Source of the DNA: a candidate division FCPU426 bacterium
GTDB taxonomy: Bacteria > Oederibacteriota > Muellerivitia > Muellerivitales > Muellerivitaceae
Direction: 5' to 3'
NCBI GenBank assembly: GCA_963796105.1
Contig: CAWCKJ010000006.1
Location: 260,109 to 324,108, forward strand
DNA length: 64,000 nt
Shown here in pieces: positions 32,951 to 43,728 of this stretch; the stretch's first letter is position 1, and every line of letters starts with the position of its first letter. The position numbers and the translations under genes are program-made. The notes below the pieces were generated by a model that was given only the letters and a program-made list of their open reading frames with translations, did no database searches and was not told the DNA's origin.

Positions 32951-33646
32951 TTATTTCAGCTTGCGGTAAAGCTTAAAAAGCTCCTTAAAAGCCCTCAAGA
33001 TCACCGAAAGTTTAGCCCCCGTTTGTGTCCCGGCCGTTCTTGGATAATGCGTGACCCCGACTTCCGCGAACCGGAATTTTTCCTTATGGGCTTTCGCCAG
33101 CAGTTCCGTTGAAACCATGGCCCCGCCGGCCGTTAAATTCACCTTGTTGACCACCTTGCGCTTGAATAATTTAAAGGCGCAGTCAACATCTCTTACCTTG
33201 AATCCAAAAAGCAGCTTGACTAAGGATCCCCACATGAAGGCGTTCATTTTCCGGATCAGGGGGTCCCTGCGGTTTTTCCGGTAACCGAGCACAAGATCCC
33301 CTTCCTCCAGTTTTTCGATCAAAAGGGTGATTTCCTTCATGTCAAATTGAAGGTCCCCATCGGTAAAGAAAATATAATCATACCGCGCCGCGTTATAACC
33401 GGAAATCACCGCGCCGCCGTAGCCCTGGTTTTTCTCATGGTGCACAGGCCGGACGTTGGCGTCCTCCCGGGACAAGCGGTCAATAATCTCTCCGGTTTTA
33501 TCCCTGCTGCCGTCATTGACGGGAATGATTTCCCATTTCAACGCTAGCTCGGGAAGAATAAGCTGGGCCTGGCGGATCATTTTTTCAACATTGGCCTCTT
33601 CGTTGTAAGCGGGGAAAAACAGGGATAGGGAGGAAAGTTTTGGCAT
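32951..33646 (-). CDS. GT2 glycosyltransferase (DPM1-like)
   Basis: PAYNEE, VNDGSRD, NQGYGGA, TDGDLQ. Confidence 0.92.
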   Translation of the reverse strand: MPKLSSLSLFFPAYNEEANVEKMIRQAQLILPELALKWEIIPVNDGSRDKTGEIIDRLSREDANVRPVHHEKNQGYGGAVISGYNAARYDYIFFTDGDLQFDMKEITLLIEKLEEGDLVLGYRKNRRDPLIRKMNAFMWGSLVKLLFGFKVRDVDCAFKLFKRKVVNKVNLTAGGAMVSTELLAKAHKEKFRFAEVGVTHYPRTAGTQTGAKLSVILRAFKELFKLYRKLK

Positions 33647-33711
33647 CCATGGCTCCTGGGTAAAATATTTGGAGTATCTTACAACCCGTGCGTAAGAAAT
33701 GGGAGGAAGAA

Positions 33712-35034
33712 CTAAAGGTTTTCCTTGAAGCCGGGTATTGATAAAAGAGGATCGACTAATTTCGCCGCTTTGTTTCCGACATCCACGGCGTAGTTTGTCC
33801 CACGGTCCTCGGGATATACCATGGACATGTTGGCCAGGAATATGTTTTCAATCGGAGAGCGATAATCAGGTTTCACATCGCTATAGTTCAAGGGAACAAC
33901 GGGCTGGGCGTAGGTGTCGCGGAAAAGGAAGATTTCCTCCAGCCAAGATGGGTCGAATCCAGGGTTAATTTTCCGGATATGCGGCATAAACTCGGCGAGA
34001 AGCTGTTCTTTTGTCAGGTTGAAAAGTTTATGGGTTTTGGGAAGATAATTCCCGATGTACATGATGTGCTTGCCTTGATACCAATCAGCGGGAGCGAAAT
34101 TCGTGTGCTCCACCAGGGCCAGAAAGGGTATTTCCATATCGGAAATATTCATCCAGTAAATGGAACTGAAGGATTTTTTCATGACGAGGATCAGGCACTG
34201 GGCGGATATGAAATTCAGCCGGGAAAGGGTGTCGCGGTAATTCTCCGGCAGGTCCGGGCAGGCTTTGAGAAAAACCGGCGTGGCGGCCGTGAAGATCAGG
34301 CGGTCATAATTACGGTCTTGGCCGTTGATCTGGAGCCCGTTTAATTTTCCGTTCGAGATTAATATTTTCTCAACCGCCGTATTCAAGTGAAGTTTGCCAC
34401 CTTTTTCCCAGAAGGCCTCGGCCAGACGGTGGTTAAATAAGTCGAACCCGCCCTTGAAATACCCGAGTTTTTCCACGGAGCCTTTGCGTGATTTAGCCCG
34501 TACATGGACTCTCGCCCAGAACCAAGCCATGGCGACCTTGTCAAAATATTCGCCGAACTTGGAGCGCAAAAGGGGTTCCCAAACCACCTTGAGAATATGC
34601 GGTCCGGCGTATTTTTTAAGCCAAGCGTATGCCGTGACCTTTTCATATTTTTTCCAGTCTTCGACTTTTCCAAGATACAAGGCTTGAAGTCCGAATCGGA
34701 TACGGTCAAGAAAGGGAAGGGGCTTAAAAGTCAGCAGCTGTAAAGCTGTCCCAAATGGGTATATTTTACCCTCGTGAAAAAAACCCATTTGGCTGGTCAG
34801 CCAATGGAGATGATCGCGGATCTTAAGCTCATCCACCAGGGCCCGGATTTGGACATCGCTGGTGAAAATATGGTGGTAATACTTTTCCAGGGAATTTCCT
34901 GCCACTTGGAACCCGGCGGCGAGTCCCCCGACGTGGTCAGAAGCCTCGAAAATATCCACCTCATGGCCTTGTTTGGCCAAACGATAACCCGCAGTCATGC
35001 CCGCAATTCCAGCCCCGACGATCGCGATTTTCAC
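33712..35034 (-). CDS. FAD-dependent oxidoreductase (amine oxidase/HemY-like)
   Basis: IAIVGAGIAG, GGLAAGF, EKYYHHIF, VYPEDRGTNYAV. Confidence 0.85.
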   Translation of the reverse strand: MKIAIVGAGIAGMTAGYRLAKQGHEVDIFEASDHVGGLAAGFQVAGNSLEKYYHHIFTSDVQIRALVDELKIRDHLHWLTSQMGFFHEGKIYPFGTALQLLTFKPLPFLDRIRFGLQALYLGKVEDWKKYEKVTAYAWLKKYAGPHILKVVWEPLLRSKFGEYFDKVAMAWFWARVHVRAKSRKGSVEKLGYFKGGFDLFNHRLAEAFWEKGGKLHLNTAVEKILISNGKLNGLQINGQDRNYDRLIFTAATPVFLKACPDLPENYRDTLSRLNFISAQCLILVMKKSFSSIYWMNISDMEIPFLALVEHTNFAPADWYQGKHIMYIGNYLPKTHKLFNLTKEQLLAEFMPHIRKINPGFDPSWLEEIFLFRDTYAQPVVPLNYSDVKPDYRSPIENIFLANMSMVYPEDRGTNYAVDVGNKAAKLVDPLLSIPGFKENL

Positions 35035-35067
35035 AAAACTATCCTTTTCTCGAAATTTGACCCGCTT

Positions 35068-36069
35068 CTAACGGTTCTCCAATTTGCCGAGACTCAGATT
35101 CTCCTTGGCGGAGTAATAAAGCCCCATCAAGTTAATGGGAATCCATACCATAAAATGAACCACCAGCATGTATCCCAAGGCCAATTCCTTGGGGACGCCA
35201 AAAGGGATAAGAAGGGCAACGCCGATGAATTCGAACAAGCCGAAACCTCCTGGCGCGTTGGGGATCAGGATGCCCAGGTTGACAATAGCCATTAATAGGG
35301 CAGCGGACCAAAACGAGAGGGGAAACGGGCCAATTCCCATGCCAATCGCGAGGATGAAATAGCTGATAAATTCGCATGTCCAGGCCGCGATGGAAAAGAT
35401 CAGCACCAGAAGGGATTCTTTCGCGGATTTCAATATTTCGAGGCCGTCGAAAAACGTCTTGGCGATTTTTTCCAGGGGCTCCCGAAATTTCAGGGGCGCG
35501 TGGGAGGTGAAAAAACCGATGAAACTTACGGCGAAGGGCTTCGACATCAAGAGGACAAATAGAAAAACAAACGCGCTCCCGAAAACGTAAGGGCTGACAT
35601 GTATGGCGCTTTGAATGCCGCTAGGCATGTTTTCCCGGCGAACGGGAAGGTTCCCGAAAAACAGGGCGGCCCAGAGAAGAATCATCATGGTCAAGCCGTC
35701 GAAAAGCCTTTCCAGGACAATCGTGGCGAAAGAGGCGCTTCGGCTGATTCCTTCCTTGGTGCCGTTTAAATAGGCTCTCACGAACTCACCGGCCCTGGCA
35801 GGAAGAAGATTGTTGGCCATGAAACCGATGATGAGGATGGGAAAAAGACTTTGAAAAGAACATTTTTTCACCGGGGAAAGCAGGATGACCCAGCGGTAAC
35901 CTCGGATGATATAGCCGGCCAAATAAATCAACAAAGCGGGAAGAAGCCAGGGGAGATGAAATTGAGTGAAGGCCTTCAGAAGCTTGTCCCATTCGATATT
36001 GCGGAGCAGAAAATAAAACATGACCGCCATGAAGACGAGGCCAAACCAGGTCCGTTTTCTTCCGAGCAT
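35068..36069 (-). CDS. Lysylphosphatidylglycerol-synthase TM (flippase-like) protein
   Basis: GFMANNLLPARAGE, TIVLERLFD, PGGFGLFE. Confidence 0.88.
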   Translation of the reverse strand: MLGRKRTWFGLVFMAVMFYFLLRNIEWDKLLKAFTQFHLPWLLPALLIYLAGYIIRGYRWVILLSPVKKCSFQSLFPILIIGFMANNLLPARAGEFVRAYLNGTKEGISRSASFATIVLERLFDGLTMMILLWAALFFGNLPVRRENMPSGIQSAIHVSPYVFGSAFVFLFVLLMSKPFAVSFIGFFTSHAPLKFREPLEKIAKTFFDGLEILKSAKESLLVLIFSIAAWTCEFISYFILAIGMGIGPFPLSFWSAALLMAIVNLGILIPNAPGGFGLFEFIGVALLIPFGVPKELALGYMLVVHFMVWIPINLMGLYYSAKENLSLGKLENR

Positions 36070-36268
36070 ATAATGTTTTCCCTTCTAACTCAAAACTGAT
36101 GGAGTATTTTGCCCGAAAAACCCCAAAAAATGAAATGGTTTTATGGGTATTCCCGGCGGAATTTTTAAAGTATCATTTCATGAAAATAAAAATCCCTTTT
36201 GACATCTTGCGGGATTTGACCGTTTTCAACGGCTTGGTTGACGGATGAACATTGCGATGGAGGTCATC

Positions 36269-37321
36269 ATGAATAAATGGATCGGGTTTGTCTCTATTCT
36301 TCTAACGGGCTTTTCACTAATAGGCGGGCTTTATGCTCAAACGTCCGCCTCCCCCACTCCGGGCTCAAATTTTTCTTTGGGTTATAAAACCTTTAAGGAG
36401 GCGTTTGCGGCTGGGAACCAATTCCTAAAGGCGAAAAAATGGGATGACGCCGCTGAGGCCTACGCCGCCGCTGGCAGTTTCTCCACGAGCGATAAGGGAA
36501 AAAGCCAGGCGCTCAACGCCCAGGGCTGGGCTTTGCTGAAGGAGAAAAAATGGAAAGAGGCTAAGCTGGTTCTGGAGTCCTCGGTTCAGGCTGACCCTGA
36601 ATATAAGATCGCGATGAAAAACCTCGGTTTGGCCTGTTTCAGGCTTTATGACTATGGGTTCGCTGGAATGGACGCTTTGAAGGAAGCCATTGAAAACCTG
36701 GAAGGCGGTGGTGACGCGGAGGAGTTGGATAGAGCCAAAGGCGCTTTGACCCGAGAGGAAAGTTATTCCCAAGTGACGCCGGGGCCCGGCCTTAAATGGG
36801 AGGGCCTCAACTACAAGGCGCTGACCACCTTGGGGGATAAAGCTCAAGCCGAGGGTCGCTTTGGGGAGGCCATGAAGGTTTTCAAAAAAGCGGAGGAAAT
36901 CGCCGTCTCTCCGGCGGCCAAGGGGGCCGCGGCCAACAGGCAGGGAAAAGTCCTTCTGGATGCCAGGCGTCCCGGGGAGTCCCTTCCTTTCTTTGAGAGG
37001 GCGGTTAAATACCAGCCGAGCGAAAAAGTGTTCCTCAACAACCTGGGTTTCAGCTATTGGGTCCTCTATGATTCGGGAAAAGGCAATGCGGCGGACCTTC
37101 GAAAAGCGGTCGACGCTTTTTATAAAGCCAACGCTGTGGATCCGTCTTTCCACGACGAGAATTTAAAAATGGCCTTGGACGAGTTGAAAGAAACCGATCC
37201 TGAGGCGGCTAAGAATTATTCCATTAAGGAAGAAAAGGACGAGGGTTCCGAAGCGGATGAAAAGACCCCGGTTGACGGCGCCGATTCTCAAAAAGACAAT
37301 GAGCCGGAGAATACCAAATAA
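36269..37321 (+). CDS. Exported TPR-repeat protein
   Basis: Signal peptide, duplicated TPR module, acidic tail. Confidence 0.75.
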   Translation: MNKWIGFVSILLTGFSLIGGLYAQTSASPTPGSNFSLGYKTFKEAFAAGNQFLKAKKWDDAAEAYAAAGSFSTSDKGKSQALNAQGWALLKEKKWKEAKLVLESSVQADPEYKIAMKNLGLACFRLYDYGFAGMDALKEAIENLEGGGDAEELDRAKGALTREESYSQVTPGPGLKWEGLNYKALTTLGDKAQAEGRFGEAMKVFKKAEEIAVSPAAKGAAANRQGKVLLDARRPGESLPFFERAVKYQPSEKVFLNNLGFSYWVLYDSGKGNAADLRKAVDAFYKANAVDPSFHDENLKMALDELKETDPEAAKNYSIKEEKDEGSEADEKTPVDGADSQKDNEPENTK

Positions 37322-37357
37322 GAAATTCTGCCCGAGAACGGTCGATTAAAGGTTCCT

Positions 37358-38005
37358 TTGAAATTAAAATCCTCTCTTGACCAGTTACACCGCCAAATTC
37401 GAAATTGTTCCAAGTGCTTTCCTTTGGGCGGCAATTGTCCTGTCGCGGGTACAGGTTTGCCGAAAAAACAAGGACTTTTCCTGATCGGGCAAGCTCCCGG
37501 CGTCCGGGAGCCCGCGGCCCAGAAAAATTTCGCTTGGACGGCGGGTAAAAGGTTGTTTCAGTGGTTGGAAACTATCGGAATGACCGAGGATAAGATCAGG
37601 GTCAACGCTTATATCACCGCGGTCACCAAGTGTTATCCTGGGAAGGCCTCGCACGGAAAAGGTGACCGAAAGCCCAATCCCCTGGAAGTCGAAAATTGCG
37701 GGCCTTATCTTGAGAAGGCTTTGACGTTATTAAGCCCCGCTGTCGTAATATTAATCGGGGGACTTGCCATTGAGCGTTTATTGGGACCGCATAAATTCTC
37801 GGAAGTGATTGGAAAGGAATTCAGGAAGGATTTGCCCGGAGGGCCCTCTTGGATCGTTCCGCTTCCACATCCCTCGGGAGCCAGCCCTTGGCCGTACCTT
37901 CCGGGGAATAAGGAAAAACTGGGAAAGGCCCTTCAGTTGATAAAAGGAAGGCTGAGGTCTCAAAATCTTTATTCTCTTTTTGTGAAAGATGAGATCGGCA
38001 ATTAA
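37358..38005 (+). CDS. Uracil-DNA glycosylase superfamily protein
   Basis: CSKC, IGQAPG, KCYPG..GDRKP, PLPHPSG. Confidence 0.88.
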   Translation: MKLKSSLDQLHRQIRNCSKCFPLGGNCPVAGTGLPKKQGLFLIGQAPGVREPAAQKNFAWTAGKRLFQWLETIGMTEDKIRVNAYITAVTKCYPGKASHGKGDRKPNPLEVENCGPYLEKALTLLSPAVVILIGGLAIERLLGPHKFSEVIGKEFRKDLPGGPSWIVPLPHPSGASPWPYLPGNKEKLGKALQLIKGRLRSQNLYSLFVKDEIGN

Positions 38006-38069
38006 TCCTCAAAAGGCCCATCTCTTTTGATTTTTTCAGGTTGGACCCAAATCGTTTATGTGGTTTTTT

Positions 38070-38221
38070 TATCCACCTTCGCAGAAAAACCGGGTCTTGG
38101 CCGGGAATAAATGCGGGATAACTTGCTTCGGAGGATTCCGCAAGTAGAGTGGTGGATAAATCTCCCGAAGCCTTGGCGGAGGGGGATCAGAAGGTACCAC
38201 GGGCTTGCCCGTGGGGCTCCA
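38070..38221. repeat. Composite palindromic (REP-like) repeat, copy 1
   Basis: Begins tatccaccttcgc, ends aggtaccacgggcttgcccgtggggctcca; related copy at 46690-46902. Confidence 0.6.
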
Positions 38222-38383
38222 TTCACTGGAAGTTTCACTTTTGCGAGAACTGCAAGCAGTTGTATCTAAAGGTTAAGCTTGGCTAGAATGTCGGGCATTA
38301 ATAACCGCTAGTTTTAATCTGTTATTATTAGAGGAATTTATTCCCTTCCGCTTTATGGGGGTTTTTAAATCAAGGAGGACAAC

Positions 38384-39862
38384 ATGATTCAGTTTTCCGC
38401 AGTTTCTAATTCCGGGAATTTGAAAAACAACCAGACTTGGGTCTTATTGGGGTTTGAAAAAGAATCGGGATTTATCAACGCTCCCGGAAGGGAAGGCGAG
38501 CGGATTCGTAAATCCGCGGAGAAAGAAGGTTTCACCGGAAAACAGTCGCAGGCCGCGGCGGCCTATCCGAAAGAAGGTTATTTTTCCTCCCGGGTTGTAC
38601 TTTTGGGTTTGGGCGCCAAAGCGGAGTTTGAAGCGGAAACATTCCGCCGCGCCGGAGGCAGGTTATCCAGAAAGGCCAGGGAAATTCGCCTTGAGACTGC
38701 CTCGGTGGATTGGCCCAGGTTTTTAAAAGACGATTGCCTGAAAGCTTTTGCCGAGGGTCTTATTCTCGGGTCATACCTGTTCAACCGTTATAAATCCCAA
38801 ATCAAAGACAATCCGAAAAATTTAGAAAGTACCACTTTTAGGTTTTCGGCTGAGACATTGCCGAAAATGAAAAAGGCGTTACAAACCGCGAGCCTGAATT
38901 GCCAGGCGGTTTGCATGGCCCGCGATTTGGTCAACGGCGCCCCGAGTGATATTACTCCCAGGGTTTTAGCCGATGAGGCCCGAAAACTGGCCAAAGGCCC
39001 CATCCGCTTGAGGCTATTTTCCCGCAAGGATCTGAAACGAATGGGGGCCGGCGGCATACTGGGGGTTAATATCGGCAGCGCGCAAGAGCCGTATTTAATC
39101 CATTTGCATTACAAACCCGCGGGAAAACCCAAAAAATCCGTGGCCATTGTTGGAAAGGGCATCACTTTTGACTCCGGAGGCTTGTCCTTAAAACCGGCGG
39201 GTTCCATGGAAACCATGAAAATGGATATGTCCGGAGCGGCGGGGGTATTGGGTGTTTTCAGCCAACTCTCCAAACTCAAACCCCAAGTGGAGGTTCATGG
39301 AATTATTCCAACGACGGAAAACATGCCTGGCGGAAGGGCCTATAAACCAGGCGATGTCTTGAAAGCCTTGAATGGAAAGACCATGGAGGTATTAAACACG
39401 GACGCGGAAGGCCGTTTAATCCTTTCGGATGCCTTATCCTACGCGTTCAACCAAAAAGTGGATGAAATTATCGACATGGCGACCCTCACGGGGGCCTGCG
39501 TGGTCGCTTTGGGGTCCCTTTTAACCGGGGCCATGACCAATAACCCGGATCTTTTAGGACGATTCAAAAAAGCCGCGGAAGCGGAGGGGGAGCCGATTTG
39601 GGAATTACCCCTGGTAAAGGAATATAGCGACGATATTAAAAGCAAGATTGCCGATATCAAGAACATAGGCGGTAGCAGGGAAGCGGGAGCCATCATCGGG
39701 GGCTTATTTTTGCAAGAATTCGTGGGGGAAACACCCTGGGTTCATTTGGATATCGCGGGCCCGGCCTATATGGAAAAAGAATATTCAGCTTTACCTTACT
39801 TAACCTTTGGCGGAACTGGGGTTATGATCCGGTCCTTATTGGCCTATTTAAGAAGCGAATAA
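38384..39862 (+). CDS. pepA: Leucyl aminopeptidase (M17)
   Basis: VGKGITFDSGG, MKMDMSGAA, NTDAEGRL, ATLTGA. Confidence 0.95.
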   Translation: MIQFSAVSNSGNLKNNQTWVLLGFEKESGFINAPGREGERIRKSAEKEGFTGKQSQAAAAYPKEGYFSSRVVLLGLGAKAEFEAETFRRAGGRLSRKAREIRLETASVDWPRFLKDDCLKAFAEGLILGSYLFNRYKSQIKDNPKNLESTTFRFSAETLPKMKKALQTASLNCQAVCMARDLVNGAPSDITPRVLADEARKLAKGPIRLRLFSRKDLKRMGAGGILGVNIGSAQEPYLIHLHYKPAGKPKKSVAIVGKGITFDSGGLSLKPAGSMETMKMDMSGAAGVLGVFSQLSKLKPQVEVHGIIPTTENMPGGRAYKPGDVLKALNGKTMEVLNTDAEGRLILSDALSYAFNQKVDEIIDMATLTGACVVALGSLLTGAMTNNPDLLGRFKKAAEAEGEPIWELPLVKEYSDDIKSKIADIKNIGGSREAGAIIGGLFLQEFVGETPWVHLDIAGPAYMEKEYSALPYLTFGGTGVMIRSLLAYLRSE

Positions 39863-40071
39863 AAGGATCAAATTCCTTAACAGCGGGTGAAATCCATTCT
39901 TGAAACTAATTCTGAAAGCTGAAATTGCCGGAATTATCCTTAAAAACAGGCATTTTCATGTATTCAATGGGGGCTATTTGCCATGTTTTTAGCCAAGGCC
40001 GATTTGTTTAATATTCTTTGTAACCTAATGAGCTTATGAACCGTCAGAAGAGTAGGTAATACAGGTGAAAC

Positions 40072-40620
40072 ATGACTGAAACCGAGGCGATTGACCTTTG
40101 CCGGACAGGGGATATCGCCGGACTTCATGTTTTATATGAACTGCACAGGACGAAAGTTTACAACCTGTCTTGGAGGATACTGGGTACCCAGCATGACGCT
40201 GAGGACGCCTTGCAGGAAGTGTTCATCAAGGTTTTCGACCGCGTCAAGAATTACCGGGGTGACTCGGCGTTTAGCACCTGGCTTTACCGGATGACTACCA
40301 ATCATTGCCTTGATATTTTAAGAAGGCGCAAGATTATTTCGTTCCTGGGGTTTGAGAACGCCCCGGAGATAGAGGATAAAAAGGAGCAGGGTAGGCCGGA
40401 GAATCTGGGCTTGAGTCCCAAGATCACCCAGGCCCTGGAAAAACTTCCGGATAAGCAGAGGGCGTGCCTTTTAATGAAGGAAATGGAAGACCTGAGTTAT
40501 GAGGAAATCGCCAAGGCCCTGGGTTTTTCTCTCGGCGCGGTGAAGTCCAATATTCATCGGGCGAAAATATTTTTAAAAGGATATCTTGAAAAACAAGGGA
40601 TTTCCCTTGAGGATGTTTAA
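40072..40620 (+). CDS. ECF sigma factor
   Basis: DAEDALQEVFIK, FSTWLYR, SYEEIA..GAVKSNIHRA. Confidence 0.93.
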   Translation: MTETEAIDLCRTGDIAGLHVLYELHRTKVYNLSWRILGTQHDAEDALQEVFIKVFDRVKNYRGDSAFSTWLYRMTTNHCLDILRRRKIISFLGFENAPEIEDKKEQGRPENLGLSPKITQALEKLPDKQRACLLMKEMEDLSYEEIAKALGFSLGAVKSNIHRAKIFLKGYLEKQGISLEDV

Positions 40621-40642
40621 AGAGCGGGAAGGCGGTCATAAA

Positions 40643-41071
40643 ATGAAAACACAATGGGAAGACAAGGACATTTCAAGAGTCTTGAAAGGGTTGGCTGAGG
40701 CGGACCCTGAGGGCGCCTGGGCTGACCGCGCTTGGACCCGCATTGAAAATCACTTGATCGAGGCTAAGAATCATCAGCCGATTCATAGGGTGTGGAGGCC
40801 TTGGGGGCATCCCATCCGGTGGGTCGCGGCAGCCGGTTTTCTTTTCATGGCTTTTACAGGCGTTTATTATCAAAGTAATCAAAGAGAAGCGCGGGAAAAT
40901 ACCGAGCTGGCATCCTATTTGGTTGGCGGCTTGAATCCCATGGAGAATATTACGCGGGACCAGAATGACATCAAGGTGTCGGCGCTTTTAAGCGAGCCGT
41001 CCTCCGCCTCGCCGGTGTATTCTGATGAGTTTCACTCGGAGTCTTTGGCGGGTGATGAGATTTTTCTTTAA
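40643..41071 (+). CDS. Putative membrane anti-sigma factor
   Basis: Single TM segment, directly after the ECF gene. Confidence 0.6.
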   Translation: MKTQWEDKDISRVLKGLAEADPEGAWADRAWTRIENHLIEAKNHQPIHRVWRPWGHPIRWVAAAGFLFMAFTGVYYQSNQREARENTELASYLVGGLNPMENITRDQNDIKVSALLSEPSSASPVYSDEFHSESLAGDEIFL

Positions 41072-41092
41072 TCCAAATTATCGGGAGATCTA

Positions 41093-41560
41093 ATGAAAAG
41101 TCAAAATCGAGTGCTGGGATATGGATTGGCTTTTATTCTCATGGCGCCGGGATTGATGTTCGCGGATGCTTCCGTGGAAACTCAACCCAAGGCCAAACCC
41201 ACGGAAGTTCCCTCGGCTCATTTAACGCGCAGGGAAATACTTGAAAAGCTTCAATTGACCAAGGAGCAAAGGGGCCTGTTGCGGCAAAACCGGGCGGTTT
41301 TCCGGAAAAAAGCTGCGGAGCTGGAAGGACAGATCAAGATCAAGAAAGTGGACCTGGAAAATGAGCTGGAAAAGCCGGAGCCTGATTTGGAGAAAATCGA
41401 CCTGATCAACTCGGAAATCTATTCCCTCTTGGGAAAGAAAAACAGCATCCAAATTAAAGCCATGCTGGAAATTGAGAAGAAAATATTGACCCCCCAACAA
41501 ACCGATCAATTGAAAGTTTTGGAGGGAAAAGAAATCTTCGTGACCCACGATATTCTTTGA
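41093..41560 (+). CDS. Spy/CpxP-like periplasmic protein
   Basis: Signal peptide, LQLTKEQ and ILTPQQ (LTxxQ) motifs. Confidence 0.8.
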   Translation: MKSQNRVLGYGLAFILMAPGLMFADASVETQPKAKPTEVPSAHLTRREILEKLQLTKEQRGLLRQNRAVFRKKAAELEGQIKIKKVDLENELEKPEPDLEKIDLINSEIYSLLGKKNSIQIKAMLEIEKKILTPQQTDQLKVLEGKEIFVTHDIL

Positions 41561-42144
41561 CCGCCTGATTTCAGGCCCCGGCTTTAGCCGTGGGCATTCC
41601 CGCGAATGATTTTTTTCTTTTGATGGCATCCTGAAACGAAGTGAACATTCAGTTCAATTTCCCTTAATACTTTTGTGTTTTTCCCAAAGTTCCCCTGATG
41701 TCCGTTATTCCTTTCACGCCAAAAGGTTGCATGCCGTTACGAATCTTTTTTTTAAAAGAATGACCCTAAAACCCCGTTTAAATCGCCTATAACAAAATAT
41801 TCCCGTCAAGGGAATTGATATCCTCCTTTTAGATGATTGCTCGGAAATGATTTTGGGTGGGAATAAAACTCGTAAGCCTTCCGTCCCCGGGAATAAGCTG
41901 ATCAAGATCCTAAAGGCGAGGATCTTGCAACGTTACAAGTCCGTGGGCAGCGCGTCAAAACCTCCGCTTCCTCAAGAAATTTTTGTTCTCTCAATAAATT
42001 TCATTCCTTGCTTTTCCATTCAGGGAAGAGGCGATTGAAAAATTAATTCTCGACAAAGGAAAATTTTTGGCTAATTGAGGTCGATCTTCTTGTTATAATC
42101 CTGTTTATTTTTGACAATTGATTGGAACGAAGTAAAATTCATTT

Positions 42145-42705
42145 ATGGGATTACTCATGAAAATAGCGTCTCCATTCTTAAATATCCTGAAGAAATTGGT
42201 GCATGGGATCGAGTTTAAAAAATTCAAGGACGCCGTGAGCCGGAACCCCAACGACCATTATCTTCGCGCGCGGTTCGCCAAATTCTGCCTGAACCATTAC
42301 TTCAATCATAAAAATACCGCTCAATTGCATGTTGTTGAGGCGGTCAATCAATTCGAGAATATCGACCATTCAGAGGTTCTTGACCTGGAAGTTTTCTACT
42401 TGATGGGCAAGTATTACCAGGATCAGGACAACGAAAAAGCCGCCCAGGTTTACTTGAAGGGGATAAAAAAATATAACGAGTTCGCGGCTAAAAATTACGC
42501 CTTGAGGCACGAGTCCGTGGAAATGGCGTTCAGCATCGCCCTGAACCTATTAAGCCTGGAAAAGAACCAGGCTGATCCGGAGTTGGAAAAATTCTTTAAG
42601 ATCGTCCGGCAAACCTACCTTCGAAAATTCTTGAATGAGAAGGTGAGCGTGAAGCAGGAAATTCTTAAGGAATCAAACGGCGATGTTAAGCGTTCATCCA
42701 ATTAA
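42145..42705 (+). CDS. Hypothetical helical (TPR-like) protein
   Basis: 186-aa ORF with upstream TTGACA..TAAAAT; FYLMGKYY TPR-like helix. Confidence 0.55.
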   Translation: MGLLMKIASPFLNILKKLVHGIEFKKFKDAVSRNPNDHYLRARFAKFCLNHYFNHKNTAQLHVVEAVNQFENIDHSEVLDLEVFYLMGKYYQDQDNEKAAQVYLKGIKKYNEFAAKNYALRHESVEMAFSIALNLLSLEKNQADPELEKFFKIVRQTYLRKFLNEKVSVKQEILKESNGDVKRSSN

Positions 42706-42892
42706 AATTCTTCCCCTGATGAAACCCCCGCTGAAAATACACCCATCTTTTGCGCTTGATTTTCGGAATTTTCCATTTAAGAGATGCTCTGGTTTCGTTA
42801 AATTCCCGTGAAAATCCAGAGTTGCCTCATAAGGGAATCTTTCGAAAAACGCGATTGTGAATCAAACATAGGGCGGGTTTAAGACTTTATTT

Positions 42893-43486
42893 TCAATCGG
42901 CGATTCGGGCGGAAAGGCGCAATAGGAACCAAGTCAATCCGGCGGAAAAGCCGAAAACCATCAGGACCCCGGACACAATGAAAAAAGGGAAATGCGGGCC
43001 GGCCAACATGCAGAAAACTAAAGGGACGGAAAAATAGGTGTTCAATTTTGACGTGTTTTCGCTTAATTTCGCGAGTCTTGTTGATGGGGGAAGGCCCGAT
43101 TTGATCCCTTGGATGATTTTTTTCTGACAGGGCCAGATCACGAACCAAACATTGACCCACATGATAGTCCCCAGCCCCATGCCGGTTAAGATCCAATATC
43201 CCGGAGGACTGGCCAATTGACGCGCGTGGCCTGGCTGCAGGTAAACAAAGTATAGAAGGGATAGTCCGAGCAGGAAAGTGAACATGGATCCCCACCGGAA
43301 GAAGAAAAGAGCCCTGCCCATTAATTTTGGAACAATCAGGCTGCGGATATCCTTGTCCAATGAGCGGTTGAAATGAATGTTGACGAGGTTAAAAAAGTAC
43401 AAGAGTCCGACCCAGACAATGCCGGCCAGGACATGCAGCCACCGGGCCGCCATTTCCATTAAATATTGGCTGCTGATGTCCATCAC
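42893..43486 (-). CDS. PuuD/urate-oxidase N-terminal-like membrane protein
   Basis: RWLHVLAGIVWVGLLYFFN, GTIMWVNVWFVIWP.QKK, NTYFSVP. Confidence 0.8.
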   Translation of the reverse strand: MMDISSQYLMEMAARWLHVLAGIVWVGLLYFFNLVNIHFNRSLDKDIRSLIVPKLMGRALFFFRWGSMFTFLLGLSLLYFVYLQPGHARQLASPPGYWILTGMGLGTIMWVNVWFVIWPCQKKIIQGIKSGLPPSTRLAKLSENTSKLNTYFSVPLVFCMLAGPHFPFFIVSGVLMVFGFSAGLTWFLLRLSARIAD

Positions 43487-43728
43487 TTTTCAAGCCTTCC
43501 TTTGGGACCATCCGGGTTTTACGGTAGGTTTGCCTTGAATCAAAGTCAAGGGGAATTAGGCTCGAATGGTCAGGGCCAGCCATCGGGAATGGCTTTTTGA
43601 AACCACTTGGTATTTTATAATGCCGATGAAACGCATTTTAGTTTTGATTCCATATGTTTTTTATGCATGATGGGAAGGTTTCCGAGGCTTTTACCGCCCG
43701 GTCAATGAAGATTTATTGAAAGGTTGAC